Below, piece by piece: positions 52,532 through 62,969 of a DNA stretch of 64,000 nt; positions within the stretch are counted from its first letter, which is position 1, and each line of letters begins with the position of its first letter. This stretch comes from Patellaria atrata CBS 101060 (taxonomy: Eukaryota): contig MU006096.1 in the NCBI GenBank assembly GCA_010093705.1, positions 890,004 through 954,003 on the forward strand, in the 5' to 3' direction. The notes below the pieces were generated by a model, which was not told where the DNA came from, did no database searches, and was given only the letters and a program-made list of their open reading frames with translations. The position numbers were made by a program, and so were the translations under genes.

Positions 52532-54044
52532 ATGTCTGAAAAGCAAACAGAGAAACCGGTATGCGAGATTCCCACCCCACTACATTCTTGCGAAACATGC
52601 TAAGCTATTCTAGATATCGAAGCAAAATTCCACCAGTGGTGCCGAATCTCCAACGACAGCAAGACCACTCGATTTTGACGACGAACCGCAAGAATCTGGG
52701 ACCGTAGCATCACCAGAGCCTTTAATCTCGCCGAATTCGAAACCGAGAGTTAGCTTTCAGGACGAAGCTCCACCACAGAAACCACCACGACCCATGAATC
52801 CACAAGCACAAGCAGAGGGAACGCTGATCGAAGCATTCCCAGACATCGATGCGAAGATTGTCAAAGCAGTCCTACTTGCCAGTGGTGGCCAAGTTGAACC
52901 GGCTTTCAATGCCCTTCTGAGTATGTTTCGTAATACCATGGTGTAGAGAGAAACTTTAAGCTTTATACTAACGGTTCGAAGGCATGTCTGATCCATCGTT
53001 CCAAGCCGAAGATCAAGCTCCTCCTCCACAACCGCCTAGGCCAAATCAGTCACGGTCACAGCTCGAGTCTGATGAGCTTTACGCTCGTCAACTAGCACAG
53101 CATTATCAGACCAGCTCACATGGGTATGGAGGTCGTGAAAGAGGAGAACCTCCCCTTCCCAGGCCAAAGAAACAGACTGGATTAAAGCCGAATGAGCTCT
53201 ATGATGATAAAGAGCATAGCTTTTTCGACGGTATGACCAAATTATATAATTGTTGAAAGCCTGGGTCTAATTCCGCGGCTACAGATGATTTGCCAGTGAT
53301 CCAGGAAAATATCAAGAAGGGGTTCCTTGAGACACAGTCAAAAGTGAACCGTTGGATCTCAGATTTCAAGAAGAAAATCGATGGCGAAGACAGTGATGAA
53401 GCTATGAGCCCACCCAGTTCTTCGACACAGCGTCAAAACTTCGGACCATCACAATCTGAACAACTCTATGGGATCAGGAAGAGCACTGAAATGGGTCGAC
53501 GAAGCGGGGACCACGCACGCTATGATGCTGATCCGCGCGTACTCTCGGACGACTTCACAACACTTGAACTGAGGGATGATGAGGGTAAGTAGAGAGAATG
53601 TGTATACACTATATTACCTTCTAATTCAATTTAGCACCTCCACCAAAACCAAATCGACCACTTGCAAATCCGGACCTATTCAAACCTACGCCAGCTGTCC
53701 CGCTATCTGGTCCTGTCGACGAAGTAGATGCGCTTTATCGTCAACCGACACCAACTGGACGTCAAAAGTCCCCAGATTCCGGTAAAGCTAAAAAGTGGCA
53801 ACCCCTTACATCAATCGCTCCAAATCCTGAGGCTGAAGACCATGACCCTTTCAGCCTTGGGGATAGTGATGACGAGGAATCTAAAACTAAGGACATCAGG
53901 TCTGAAGATACGGAGAGGCTCAAGCGAGCCGCTTCCCAGTCCGCGAGTGATGCTCCAGCTCCAGCTCTTAAGCCTGCAGAGAGGTCAGGGAGCTTGGGAA
54001 CGAAGGATAAGGAGGCAGAAGATTTGTTAGCGGGGAAGTCATAG
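52532..54044 (+). CDS. CUE5: CUE-domain ubiquitin-binding protein Cue5, 5 exons
   Basis: LIEAFPDIDAKIVKAVLLASGGQVEPAFNALL/MSDP, QLESDELYARQLA and DDLPVIQENIKKGFLETQSKVN. Confidence 0.88.
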
Positions 54045-54380
54045 GTCGGGGTTGGGGTAATTTATAACAGTATTTACGATGTCAACCGGTCGTTAGTCTT
54101 ACGCTAGACATTCATAAGACCCATTGCCATGTATGGATTTGCAATTCAGTCACTTGGGTCGTTCTTTAATGCTTCGTGCGTTTGCTATTCTATTTAAGCC
54201 ACCTCATTCATCTGCCTTTGTCAGCTTACTTACCTAACCTGGCATTGATACAGCGGGAATCCTTGCCTCATTCGGATTGGCTCCTCACTTTCGGACTTTA
54301 CTTTCCATCTATTCCGTCTTCAACGTCAACGTTGACATTCTTTCATCAATTCTTCTTCATCCATATTAATTTTAAGAAGA

Positions 54381-56892
54381 ATGGCCCTCAATTTGCTTGT
54401 TCTTTTCCAATTCATCTCCATTACAATTGCTCGAGATATTGTCTTTCCACCAGCCCAGCGTAACTATGGACCCCAGCAGCAACATCCAATTATCGGATTC
54501 GGCGAAATCGATGTGTCTGTTGCTAATTTCGCAGGTTTGACTACATTTGCAAATGTACCGTATGTGCATTGTTTGGAGAAACTGGAGGAAGGGAAGAGGG
54601 TGGATGGAACGGAGGCGGAGAAGTTTGATATTGCTTTTTTGGGTGCTCCTTTTGATACGGTTCGTACTTTTATTCCTCTTCGGTTTATAGCTATTAGTAG
54701 CTAGATATGTAGAGAGTTCCACCTTGGAGACTTAGGTTGTTGTGGTAGTTTGTTGAACAACTTCAATCCTTCATGTTCACATGTCCCCTGTGTCAGGGTA
54801 CTATTCGCAAAAGACTCTCAACTATCATTAATCTTGCACGTGAATCAATCATGCTTCCTTTCCCGCACTTTCCTAAACATTCATTCTTGCCTGCACTTAT
54901 CAATGATAAATTGTTTGAACACTTTCGATTTCATGGCGCGATGGCCTAGTGGTGCACCAGTAGCTCACTTATCTGCTGATAACCTCCTGCTTCTGAGGGC
55001 GTGGGTTCAACCCCCTTCATGACCGCTTAAGGATTGCATTTAAGTTCGAAGTGAAGCCTACTATAAATCAAACCACGATTCAGGACAGTAAAATCAGTTC
55101 GCCTGGTTTTCTGGGACCACCGGGGTTTTCTTTTTGCCTTTTTTTCTCTTTTTTAGCTGCAATTAATCCTTTCTTTTCCTTTTCCATCGCGATACATGAT
55201 GGAACTCCCTCTATAGCTGGTATTCATCATACTCATCGCTAATACTTTTGATAGGCAGTGACTGGTAGGCCTGGTGCGCGATACGGACCAGGTGGAATAA
55301 GGTCAGGATCTCGAAGGATAGAACCTGATGCTGCATGGAGCATTTACACTGGTATGTAGATAGCTCTTCGTAATTTTTGTGGACTTTATTTCATCAAACT
55401 GTGTCCTCTTGTGGTCAATATCTATCTATTGTGAGACCGCACTCGCAGAACCATGCGCGGACAGTCCATGTTCCCATATTGGACTGTGTCTTTCCCTCGA
55501 TTTCTGTCAACCTTTTCGTTGCACGATGCTAATTATTTTGCAACTCAGGTGAAAACTCTTATAAAAGCTGGGCTAAGATAGTGGATTGCGGTGATGCACC
55601 ACTCACTATCCTTGTGATTAACCTATCCCAGTTTCTTTGAATACACTGACATGAACAGGATAATACTGTTGCTTTAGAGCAATTAGATAAAGCGCACACA
55701 GTAAGTTCACAAAGATTTGTCAGGTGTATGAGAGGAAGCGATTCTTTTTAAGCGGAACAGCAATGGGACTGGACTAATTCTTCAGTAGATAATTGCTGAT
55801 CGAGCTACTAACTCAAGCGAATACCCTATTCCAAGAATCATTGTTCTTGGGGGTGACCATACAACAACTCTTTCTGCTTTACGATCAACATACAATAAAT
55901 GGGGGCAAGTGAGTGTCATACATTTTGATAGTCATATTGGTAAGGGTTTAACCCCAATCTTCTCGAGCTACCGTATTCTAATGAATTGAAAGATACTTGG
56001 GATCCTAAAGTACTTGGTATGTCAATTTAACGCCTTCCGATGCAACTGTAGAACACTAACACACCCTTAGGGGGTGGCATCTCTCACTATGCGTAAGTTT
56101 ATACAGCAGCACTATACTCCGACTTTAACTCTTTCGGTTCCACAGCCGATGTCGCTGATATAAAATAACGCAGTGGCGTTAACCATGGAACCTTTCTACA
56201 TATTGCTCATGAAGAAGGTCTAATACGTAATACGTCGATCCACGCGGGAATAAGAGCACCGGTTGCACGCTCGAAAGGGGATGTAAGAAACGATATTCGA
56301 TGCGGATTTGAAATTGTTACCGCCAGAGATTTGGATCTGTTCGGTACCACTGGTATTATTCAAAAACTTAAGGATAGGGTCGGCAAGTCCAAAGTCTATA
56401 TCAGTGTGGATATTGATGTTCTAGATCCTGCGTTTGCACCTGGTGAGTCAAGTTCTACTACTATCCCAACCTCTAGACCTAAGTAGAGCTCGAAGGAACT
56501 AGATGGTGAATCATAGTTACTTGTGCGTGTAACCGAATATACTAATCGACAATACGCAGCAACTGGGACTTCGGAAGTTGGAGGTTGGACAACAAGGGAG
56601 CTACTTACTATCATCGATGGACTTACAGGTTTGGAGGTGGTAGGAGCGGATGTAGGTAAGTAAAGTGCTCTCTGTCAGTTTCCTCTTATCAGATGTCAAA
56701 TTTTGCTGACGTTGATCACTGCACGTTTAGTGGAGGTAGCACCGGTATGTCTTTCATCGAGTACGATTGGTCCCTATTGGCTAACTATAATAGATATATG
56801 ACACCGCCGGTGAGACAACGGTTCTAGCAGCTGCTGAGGTCGCCAATTCATTGTTGACTCTGATGGTGCAACAACCTGTCAAGCCAGCATGA
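54381..56892 (+). CDS. Agmatinase/ureohydrolase (arginase family) with signal peptide; 11 exons
   Basis: Spliced reading GAPFDT/AVTGRPGARYGPGGIR...LGGDHT...IHFDSHI/DTW...NHGT...YISVDIDVLDPAFAP/ATGT...GADV/VEVAP/IYD. Ten GT-AG introns traced by hand. Confidence 0.93.
54935..55025 (+). pseudogene. Degenerate class-II (Leu/Ser-like) tRNA-derived sequence within agmatinase intron 1
   Basis: GGCGCGA-TG-GCCT-AGTGGT matches tRNA positions 1-20 (A box). GAGGGCGTGGGTTCAACCCCC resembles the end of a variable arm plus T arm (B box). The 3' half of the D stem and the anticodon arm cannot be formed. Confidence 0.5.
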
Positions 56893-57461
56893 GCAACATC
56901 CACTAACTAGTTCTGTAATTTATGTATGTGGACGGTTGGGTGATACAGTTAGTAGGTAACAGTAGTACTAGCTACTGGTTATATTTCTGCTAGGTTGACT
57001 CGAGTTCTTTGTGAAAATCGGCTATTTCCTTAATTTCCAAACTAGACAAGGACAGTGTCATACATCAGTATAACATTGTACTGTGGACACTACGTGAATA
57101 TACAGATAGTCAAGGGGCTAGATTCCACGTAGAAGTACACTTAATATACCCCACAACGATGCATTATTTGAATATAAAAGTCGAAAATGGTAAGGTATAG
57201 ATCCAAACTACGACTATTGAGCACCTGCATTGGTACTACATGTTGCTCGAGCTCAGATCACAGCTTAAGGTAAGGTTACTTAGGTTGTACTTCTCTTAAA
57301 ACTACCCCACACTCATGGAGTGGTGAAGTCGTCATTGGATTGGGCCCCGACAAGTCCCAACTTTTTTTTCTTCTATCTTCATACTCCGGCCATCTCAATC
57401 AGCCTGCATAAAGCAAACATCTCTAGACACATACGCCCAGCAAAAGCAGACATTGACCAAT

Positions 57462-58052
57462 ATGACGGACCAAATTGAAGAGCCAAAGAAATTTGAGCCA
57501 AAGAAACCTGTTGCCCTCGCGGCTCCAAAGGATGATCCGATCAGTGCAGATTACCTCGCGAAGTGCGATGGTAAGTGCATACATCTGTCTAAAATTATCA
57601 CATTGCCGACTCGCCACAGGGACTAATGAGGGTTATCCGACATATGTCGCTATTAAGGTATGAGAACGCGCATCGTACTGTACAATCAGCACCTTCCAAG
57701 CTACTATACTACTGGCTCTGCCCTAGCTCATTACTGACTACGATATAGGGCAAAGTTTTCGATGTGAGTGGTAACTCGGCGTACGGACCGAAAGGCCAAT
57801 ATCATGGTACGCGATGAAATGCCGTGAAGTCAGAACTGTCATAAAGCAGGGACTGATTACGCTGTCTCAGTCTTTACCGGCAAAGACTCCTCTCGAGCCC
57901 TTGCACAGTCATCTTTGAAACTAGAGGACTGCAGAGCGGAGTGGGAAGACCTCGACGACAACCAGAAAAAAGTCTTAAATGATTGGTTCACGTTCTTCAG
58001 TAAACGCTACCCTATTGTTGGGGTTGTGAGCACTGAATCAGCGAGCTTATGA
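57462..58052 (+). CDS. Cytochrome b5-like heme/steroid-binding protein (MAPR family), 4 exons
   Basis: FEPKKPV...LAKCD/GTNEGYPTYVAIK/GKVFDVSGNSAYGPKGQYH/VFTGKDSSRALA...LNDWFTFFSKRYPIVG. Confidence 0.92.
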
Positions 58053-58794
58053 ATAAGAGCATCCGACGTCAGCGAGGAGCACGAACGTTCGAGCCAATAG
58101 CACATATCACTTTTGTACCAAAGACAGAGTACAGAGAAGTTTTGGCATCCAATGGTCCTCCGTGTCGACTCTCCTCTCTACCAGCCGTCCCTCAGCTCGG
58201 AGCGTGGTGTTACCTAAGTTCAATCCTCACATAGGTGTAGAGAATTATCCAGGTTTCTAGTCAGTATCGGAATCCCTGCAATCTGCGTAATTGGTTGTTA
58301 TATCAATTTGAAATCTTCACGGAGTTTCTACTTGACTTGGAAATCTGTTCAACGACTCGTGCCCTTCTGCTCAGACCTCGCAGAACTATGAGATAGCTTT
58401 CACGGCTTCTTGCTTTAACGTAGACCTTGCCTTCTACCCCTGTATTACCACACAGACTAGGAAATAAAATATTCATATGCTAAATTCAACCACATTACTG
58501 ACATGAATCAGATAGATTGACACGCAAAGGTTGAGAACCCTCTAATGCAACTACCGCCTCTCAGAACTCTGCCCGCCATTATTCGACTAGCCCATAGTAA
58601 CTATGTGTAAGAACGCTAACTAACGTACAGAAACAAATGATATTGAATCCTGACCATACCAATATTCAGACATCCTCTCACCATTTGTTGTCGCTTATCA
58701 TCCGTATCCCTTGGCCATTTTGATGAATGCGATTTACAACCGATCCCATATCTTTCCCCGATTGCAATGCGGTACCAATAATCGAGATCATACA

Positions 58795-59046
58795 TTAAGG
58801 GCTGCCAGACATATCTGTATCATGACCGTTCTCAGCAGCTCCATAGTTCATTGACCTCAGACGCTCAGGGACGCCTCTGGTAGTCACGCACGTTTGACAG
58901 TTCTCAATGGGTTGTGCCCACACACGTCTAATGATCCAACGTCCGGGACATCCATGGTTGTTATCGTTTCGCGCACGGTGACAGTGTCGAATCCTCCGCC
59001 TGTGCACGCATCTACAGGCAAATAAAATTGCCTCGTAATGGCACAT
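58795..59046 (-). CDS. Small Cys/His-rich protein (83 aa), putative zinc binding
   Basis: MCHYEAILFACRCVH...HCHRARND..HGC...W.....CQTC pattern. Upstream TATAAAAG near 59420 and apparent 5'-UTR intron(s). Confidence 0.65.
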   Translation of the reverse strand: MCHYEAILFACRCVHRRRIRHCHRARNDNNHGCPGRWIIRRVWAQPIENCQTCVTTRGVPERLRSMNYGAAENGHDTDMSGSP

Positions 59047-60024
59047 AACTGGCCGTCTCTGCTAGACTCCATTAGCAGGTACCTTTACGGGACGAATTCT
59101 GCTGATGTACCCTTTGACCAGGAATCTGGTTCGATTGGAGGTCAGATCGGAGATAGGAGAATTGAATCCCGGTTGCTGGGAGACACCTCTCGTGATAAGT
59201 GCTTTAACGAAGTATCTCAACCAGGCCCGGGAAATACTTGAGCTGACGGGTTGATCAGATGAGGGTCCAGCGGCGTCTGGAGTCTCGTTCAGATTGGCTT
59301 TTTTTTTTCTCGATGATAGACAATATACTTTTGGGTTCTTTTTCTTGACGTTGGATATGTGTAGACTCAGCCACTTTGGAGGGAGTTCGATGACAGAGCA
59401 GTCCACAGACCCGCTTTTATAACTTCCACTGGTAGGAGCTTCATATGTCGTTATCTGCTGTGGCCACGATTGATGAGGACTTTTGAACGCACCGAAAAAT
59501 GAAGTCCTGATCGCGCGTCCTGCATCAAAGACGTGATCCCAGAATCTCGAAGGAGCATCGGCGTGCTCCGCATATCCAACATCGTCCAGACAGGGGAATC
59601 TGTGTTCGCAAAAGGAAGGGAGTGAGGAAGAAAAATGACTGGTTACCTATGGCTCAACCCATAAGTATAGCGTCATTTTCCCCCATCTTAAATTAGAGAA
59701 TAGCACAGTCATGTCCAGAGGTGACGAAGAACGGTACGGGATCGACTCCGCGGGAAATGAACCCAGCCATCATTATCAGATCTGTCACAAAAGAAAAAAC
59801 AGAGAGGATTAGCCCACATGAACCAGGTTCCAAATCCATACATTTACCACGAGAGCTCACTCTAGCAGCGACCCATTATTTCCGCAACAGGTCAACTTTT
59901 CAGCAATTTCAGTAGCACTGTGCCCCCTTACCAAGCCCCTTCTCGAACAATTCGTTTTGAAAAGGTTTTAGAGAAAAGGAAAATATGACACGGAGGAATT
60001 TTGTGGGGAAAAGATTGGGTCCGG

Positions 60025-60270
60025 TGCTGTGAGCCCACAGCAGACTAAATATTCCTACAGGTCACATTTTTCTTTCTTGCTCCGTACTGGCCCTTTTGGC
60101 GCTTTTCACTCGTGGATGCCCAACCCCTGGTGGTACCGAGTGCACTGGGAGGGATCTCCCCGGCTCTGATGCTCTCGGGGAATTTGGGAGATCGGGGGGC
60201 ATGCGTGAAGCCGTGTGGATACAGCCTCAAATGTCTGGGATGTGACCTGCGGCGTCCGGCTGCACATGGC
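60025..60270. ncRNA. Candidate structured non-coding RNA (family unassigned)
   Basis: Nested inverted repeats of 10, 8, 7 and 6 bp within ~250 nt, an ATATTCCTA motif and a terminal ACA. Confidence 0.35.
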
Positions 60271-60438
60271 TGCTGTGCTAGAGAGGAAGAATAATGGACG
60301 TGGGGTGTTCGTACGCAGGCATATGTACCGGTCTTTTTCTTGCAAGACAAATGATATTAGGGTGGATATTGGTATCTAAGTAGATTCTTTGCAAATCGAT
60401 GGTGGGAGATGCTGATAGGGGGGTTATTGCGCCGTCAT

Positions 60439-62697
60439 TTACGCCTTCTCGCCCTTTCTTCTCGCCCTTCTCGCCATCCTCTTCCTCGCAATGATCTTCG
60501 TCCTTTTGGCTAGCTTGTCTTCCTCTTTCCCTCCCTTCACATCCTCTCCTTTGGGCTTCGGTGCGCCCTTGAACCGTTCCCCAGGGCCGTCAGCTTCTGA
60601 TCCTCTCTTCCGCTTCCGTGCCCCGTTCTGTGCACCGTTCCTCTTCCCCTGTACGTTCCCTTCCCCGTCGGCAGCGCGCTCCTCGTCCCCCTTCCCACGG
60701 TTCCCGAGCTTCTGTTCCCTCTCCTTCCGCCTTGCAACCACCTGCGCATTCTCAATCGCAAACTCGACGATGAGTCTCTTCTTCCTATCCTGGATATCCT
60801 CCTTCGAACCCTTTTTTCCCTTCTGCTGCTGGGCAGCTGTATAGCCCACCGCATAGCCGTTGAGCCACCGCAGCCCCATCAGCGCAGAGCGGTGCGTGTA
60901 GTATTCGATGAAGCCGTATCCTCTGCTCCGACCGGCGCCAGTGTCTTCTTTGACTTTGGTCCCTTCGCGCCCTTCGAAGATGACGGTGGCTTGTCTGACC
61001 ACCCCTCTACCCTTGGCCTTTCGTTCGGCTTCTGCTTCGTCCATTTCCTCCCTGTGGCGCGATTTCTCCTCGAGCGAGAGAGGTTGCCGCGTGTCAGCCT
61101 TCACATCTTTAGCAAAACCGACGACTGCTTCACGGGCCAGCGCTTTCAGGTCCTTAGATGTGATACTGCGCGGAATGTTCCTTACGGAAAGACGGGTCAG
61201 ACTTAGGTGCAGAGAGGGATTGCTCTCGATGAGCGCTTTCCGCTGTTTGGCACTGGCTTCGCGCATTGCGATTTCTGATGGCGCCAGAGTTTTATATAAT
61301 GGCGAATTGGAAGGTATGGTGCCTTCAGAGAGAAGGTACAGACGGCGTTTGTCCTTGTCCCGCGAGCCGCGGCGCGAGACACCTTCTGCGGTCAGGCGGG
61401 CGGCTTCGGAGCGGTCAACGGCACGGGAGATCTGGAGAACGCGGCCGTCGAAGGTGTAGTGGCCGGTTGGGTCGTCATCAACGTTTTGAAGGACGGAGTG
61501 ATGGATGGAATGGGTGTTTTTGTCTTTGGAATTCGCGGTCTGGGGTTTGAGTGAGCCTTTTAGACACGCGTCCGCGTCTTCCTTTTTGTAGAAGCATACG
61601 AAGGCCGTACCTCGCGGTCGTTCGGTTCCGGGCTCATAGACTACACGCGCGTATCTTACAGGGCCAAATGAGGTGAAATGCTCGTGTAGTGAATCATCTG
61701 TAGCAGACCAGGGGATGTTGCGGATGAACAAGGTCCGATCTGAGGTATCAGGTTTATGTTGTATAGCGGATGTATCTCCCTCATCTGCGTCATCCTGGTC
61801 TTCATCCCCGTCCTCGAGCTCATCATCAATATCACCTTCAGAGTTTGACTCCTCTTCTGACTTGTTTTCGTCGTCTTCATCTGGAGCAAGGTGTTCGTCC
61901 TCGTCATTCTGCTCATTCCCAGCCTCGTCGCCAGACTCTGCGTCAAGTTTGACGCCTCCATCTATCTCATGCTGTTGTTTCTGCCAGGTATTTTGGTCAA
62001 CCGCCCAATCGACTGCCAGTGTTCTCCCATCAACCTCCTTCCCATTCACCGCCTCAATGGCCTTTTCCGCGTTCTTTCTTCCTCGAAGTACTACGAAGCC
62101 AAAGCCCGAAAGAGCGCCTGATTTCTGCTTAGGAAGTACTGCATGCTTCACTTTGCCATAACTCCTAAACAGCAAAGCCAATTCATCCGGCTCCTTAATA
62201 CTCCACGGCAAATTCCTAATAATTAACCTCGGCGGTTGTCGAGCCTCGACCCTCTCTTTCTCCCTATTGGCCTTTAGCTCAATCGCTTTACTTGCCTTGT
62301 CACCAGATTCCTCGTTTCTATGACGCGGTTCCGCAATCTCCACTCTGATCTTCTTATCCTGGAATTTGGACCCATTGAACTCCTCTTTTGCCCTTTCTGC
62401 GTCTTCAGCGTCTACGAAGGTCACGAAGCCGTACCCTTTGCACTGTTTAGTAGTTGAGTCGGTGACGACGGTTGCGTGCTTTAAGGGGTAAGATTGGGAG
62501 AAGTGTTCGACGAGAGAGTCGTTTGTGGTTGAGGTGGGGAGATTGCGGACGAAGAGAGTACGGCGTTGTTCTGGTTTGGAGTCGCTGAGTTTGGGTTCAT
62601 CGGGGTTTTTTGCAGAGGATTTTGGACTTGCAGTAAGGACCACACCTCCCTCATCTCCATCCTCGGAAAGCCTTTGCTTTTTGCGTCGGGGAGCCAT
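60439..62697 (-). CDS. NOP4: Nucleolar RRM protein Nop4/RBM28
   Basis: Four RRMs (TLFVRNL/KGYGFV, LIIRNLPW/GFGFV, TLFIRNI/RGTAFV, RLSVRNIP/SRGYGF), DKRRLYLLSEG, an acidic linker and a basic tail. Confidence 0.95.
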   Translation of the reverse strand: MAPRRKKQRLSEDGDEGGVVLTASPKSSAKNPDEPKLSDSKPEQRRTLFVRNLPTSTTNDSLVEHFSQSYPLKHATVVTDSTTKQCKGYGFVTFVDAEDAERAKEEFNGSKFQDKKIRVEIAEPRHRNEESGDKASKAIELKANREKERVEARQPPRLIIRNLPWSIKEPDELALLFRSYGKVKHAVLPKQKSGALSGFGFVVLRGRKNAEKAIEAVNGKEVDGRTLAVDWAVDQNTWQKQQHEIDGGVKLDAESGDEAGNEQNDEDEHLAPDEDDENKSEEESNSEGDIDDELEDGDEDQDDADEGDTSAIQHKPDTSDRTLFIRNIPWSATDDSLHEHFTSFGPVRYARVVYEPGTERPRGTAFVCFYKKEDADACLKGSLKPQTANSKDKNTHSIHHSVLQNVDDDPTGHYTFDGRVLQISRAVDRSEAARLTAEGVSRRGSRDKDKRRLYLLSEGTIPSNSPLYKTLAPSEIAMREASAKQRKALIESNPSLHLSLTRLSVRNIPRSITSKDLKALAREAVVGFAKDVKADTRQPLSLEEKSRHREEMDEAEAERKAKGRGVVRQATVIFEGREGTKVKEDTGAGRSRGYGFIEYYTHRSALMGLRWLNGYAVGYTAAQQQKGKKGSKEDIQDRKKRLIVEFAIENAQVVARRKEREQKLGNRGKGDEERAADGEGNVQGKRNGAQNGARKRKRGSEADGPGERFKGAPKPKGEDVKGGKEEDKLAKRTKIIARKRMARRARRKGEKA

Positions 62698-62969
62698 AAT
62701 TATAGCTTTTTCTACTGCTAAAGCCAATTGTAGCAAAAGTTCATGCTACTATAAAATTTCAGAGCCGAATATTTCCCGGTTTGATCCTAGTCCCTAGAAG
62801 CTCTAGCTCGAACTTCCTGTGAGTAACTGTCATGTCAATTAGACGTTAAAAAGAACATAGGAGAGAGAAATTCCGCCTAAAAAGATCAAACACGAAGTGT
62901 ATGCTTTGGTTCTAAAGCGCTTCCGCCATTGATTCTATGCATCGAGAAATTTGGTGAAAAAGGGGTACA

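Noticed and set aside
55461..55487. 8-bp hairpin ACAGTCCA/TGGACTGT in agmatinase intron 2, possible intronic snoRNA
   Set aside because: No properly placed H/ACA or C/D boxes.
60058..60249. Possible Tc1/mariner MITE (CAG...CTG inverted ends)
   Set aside because: Only a 10-bp inverted repeat, TA on one flank only, and no second copy in the window. Kept instead as an ncRNA candidate.
60001..60300. RNase P, RNase MRP, SRP or telomerase CR4/5 identity for the structured region
   Set aside because: Only partial resemblances. The paired P4 (CR-I/CR-V) motifs, SRP helix-8 GNRA loop and a telomerase template at a workable distance could not be found.
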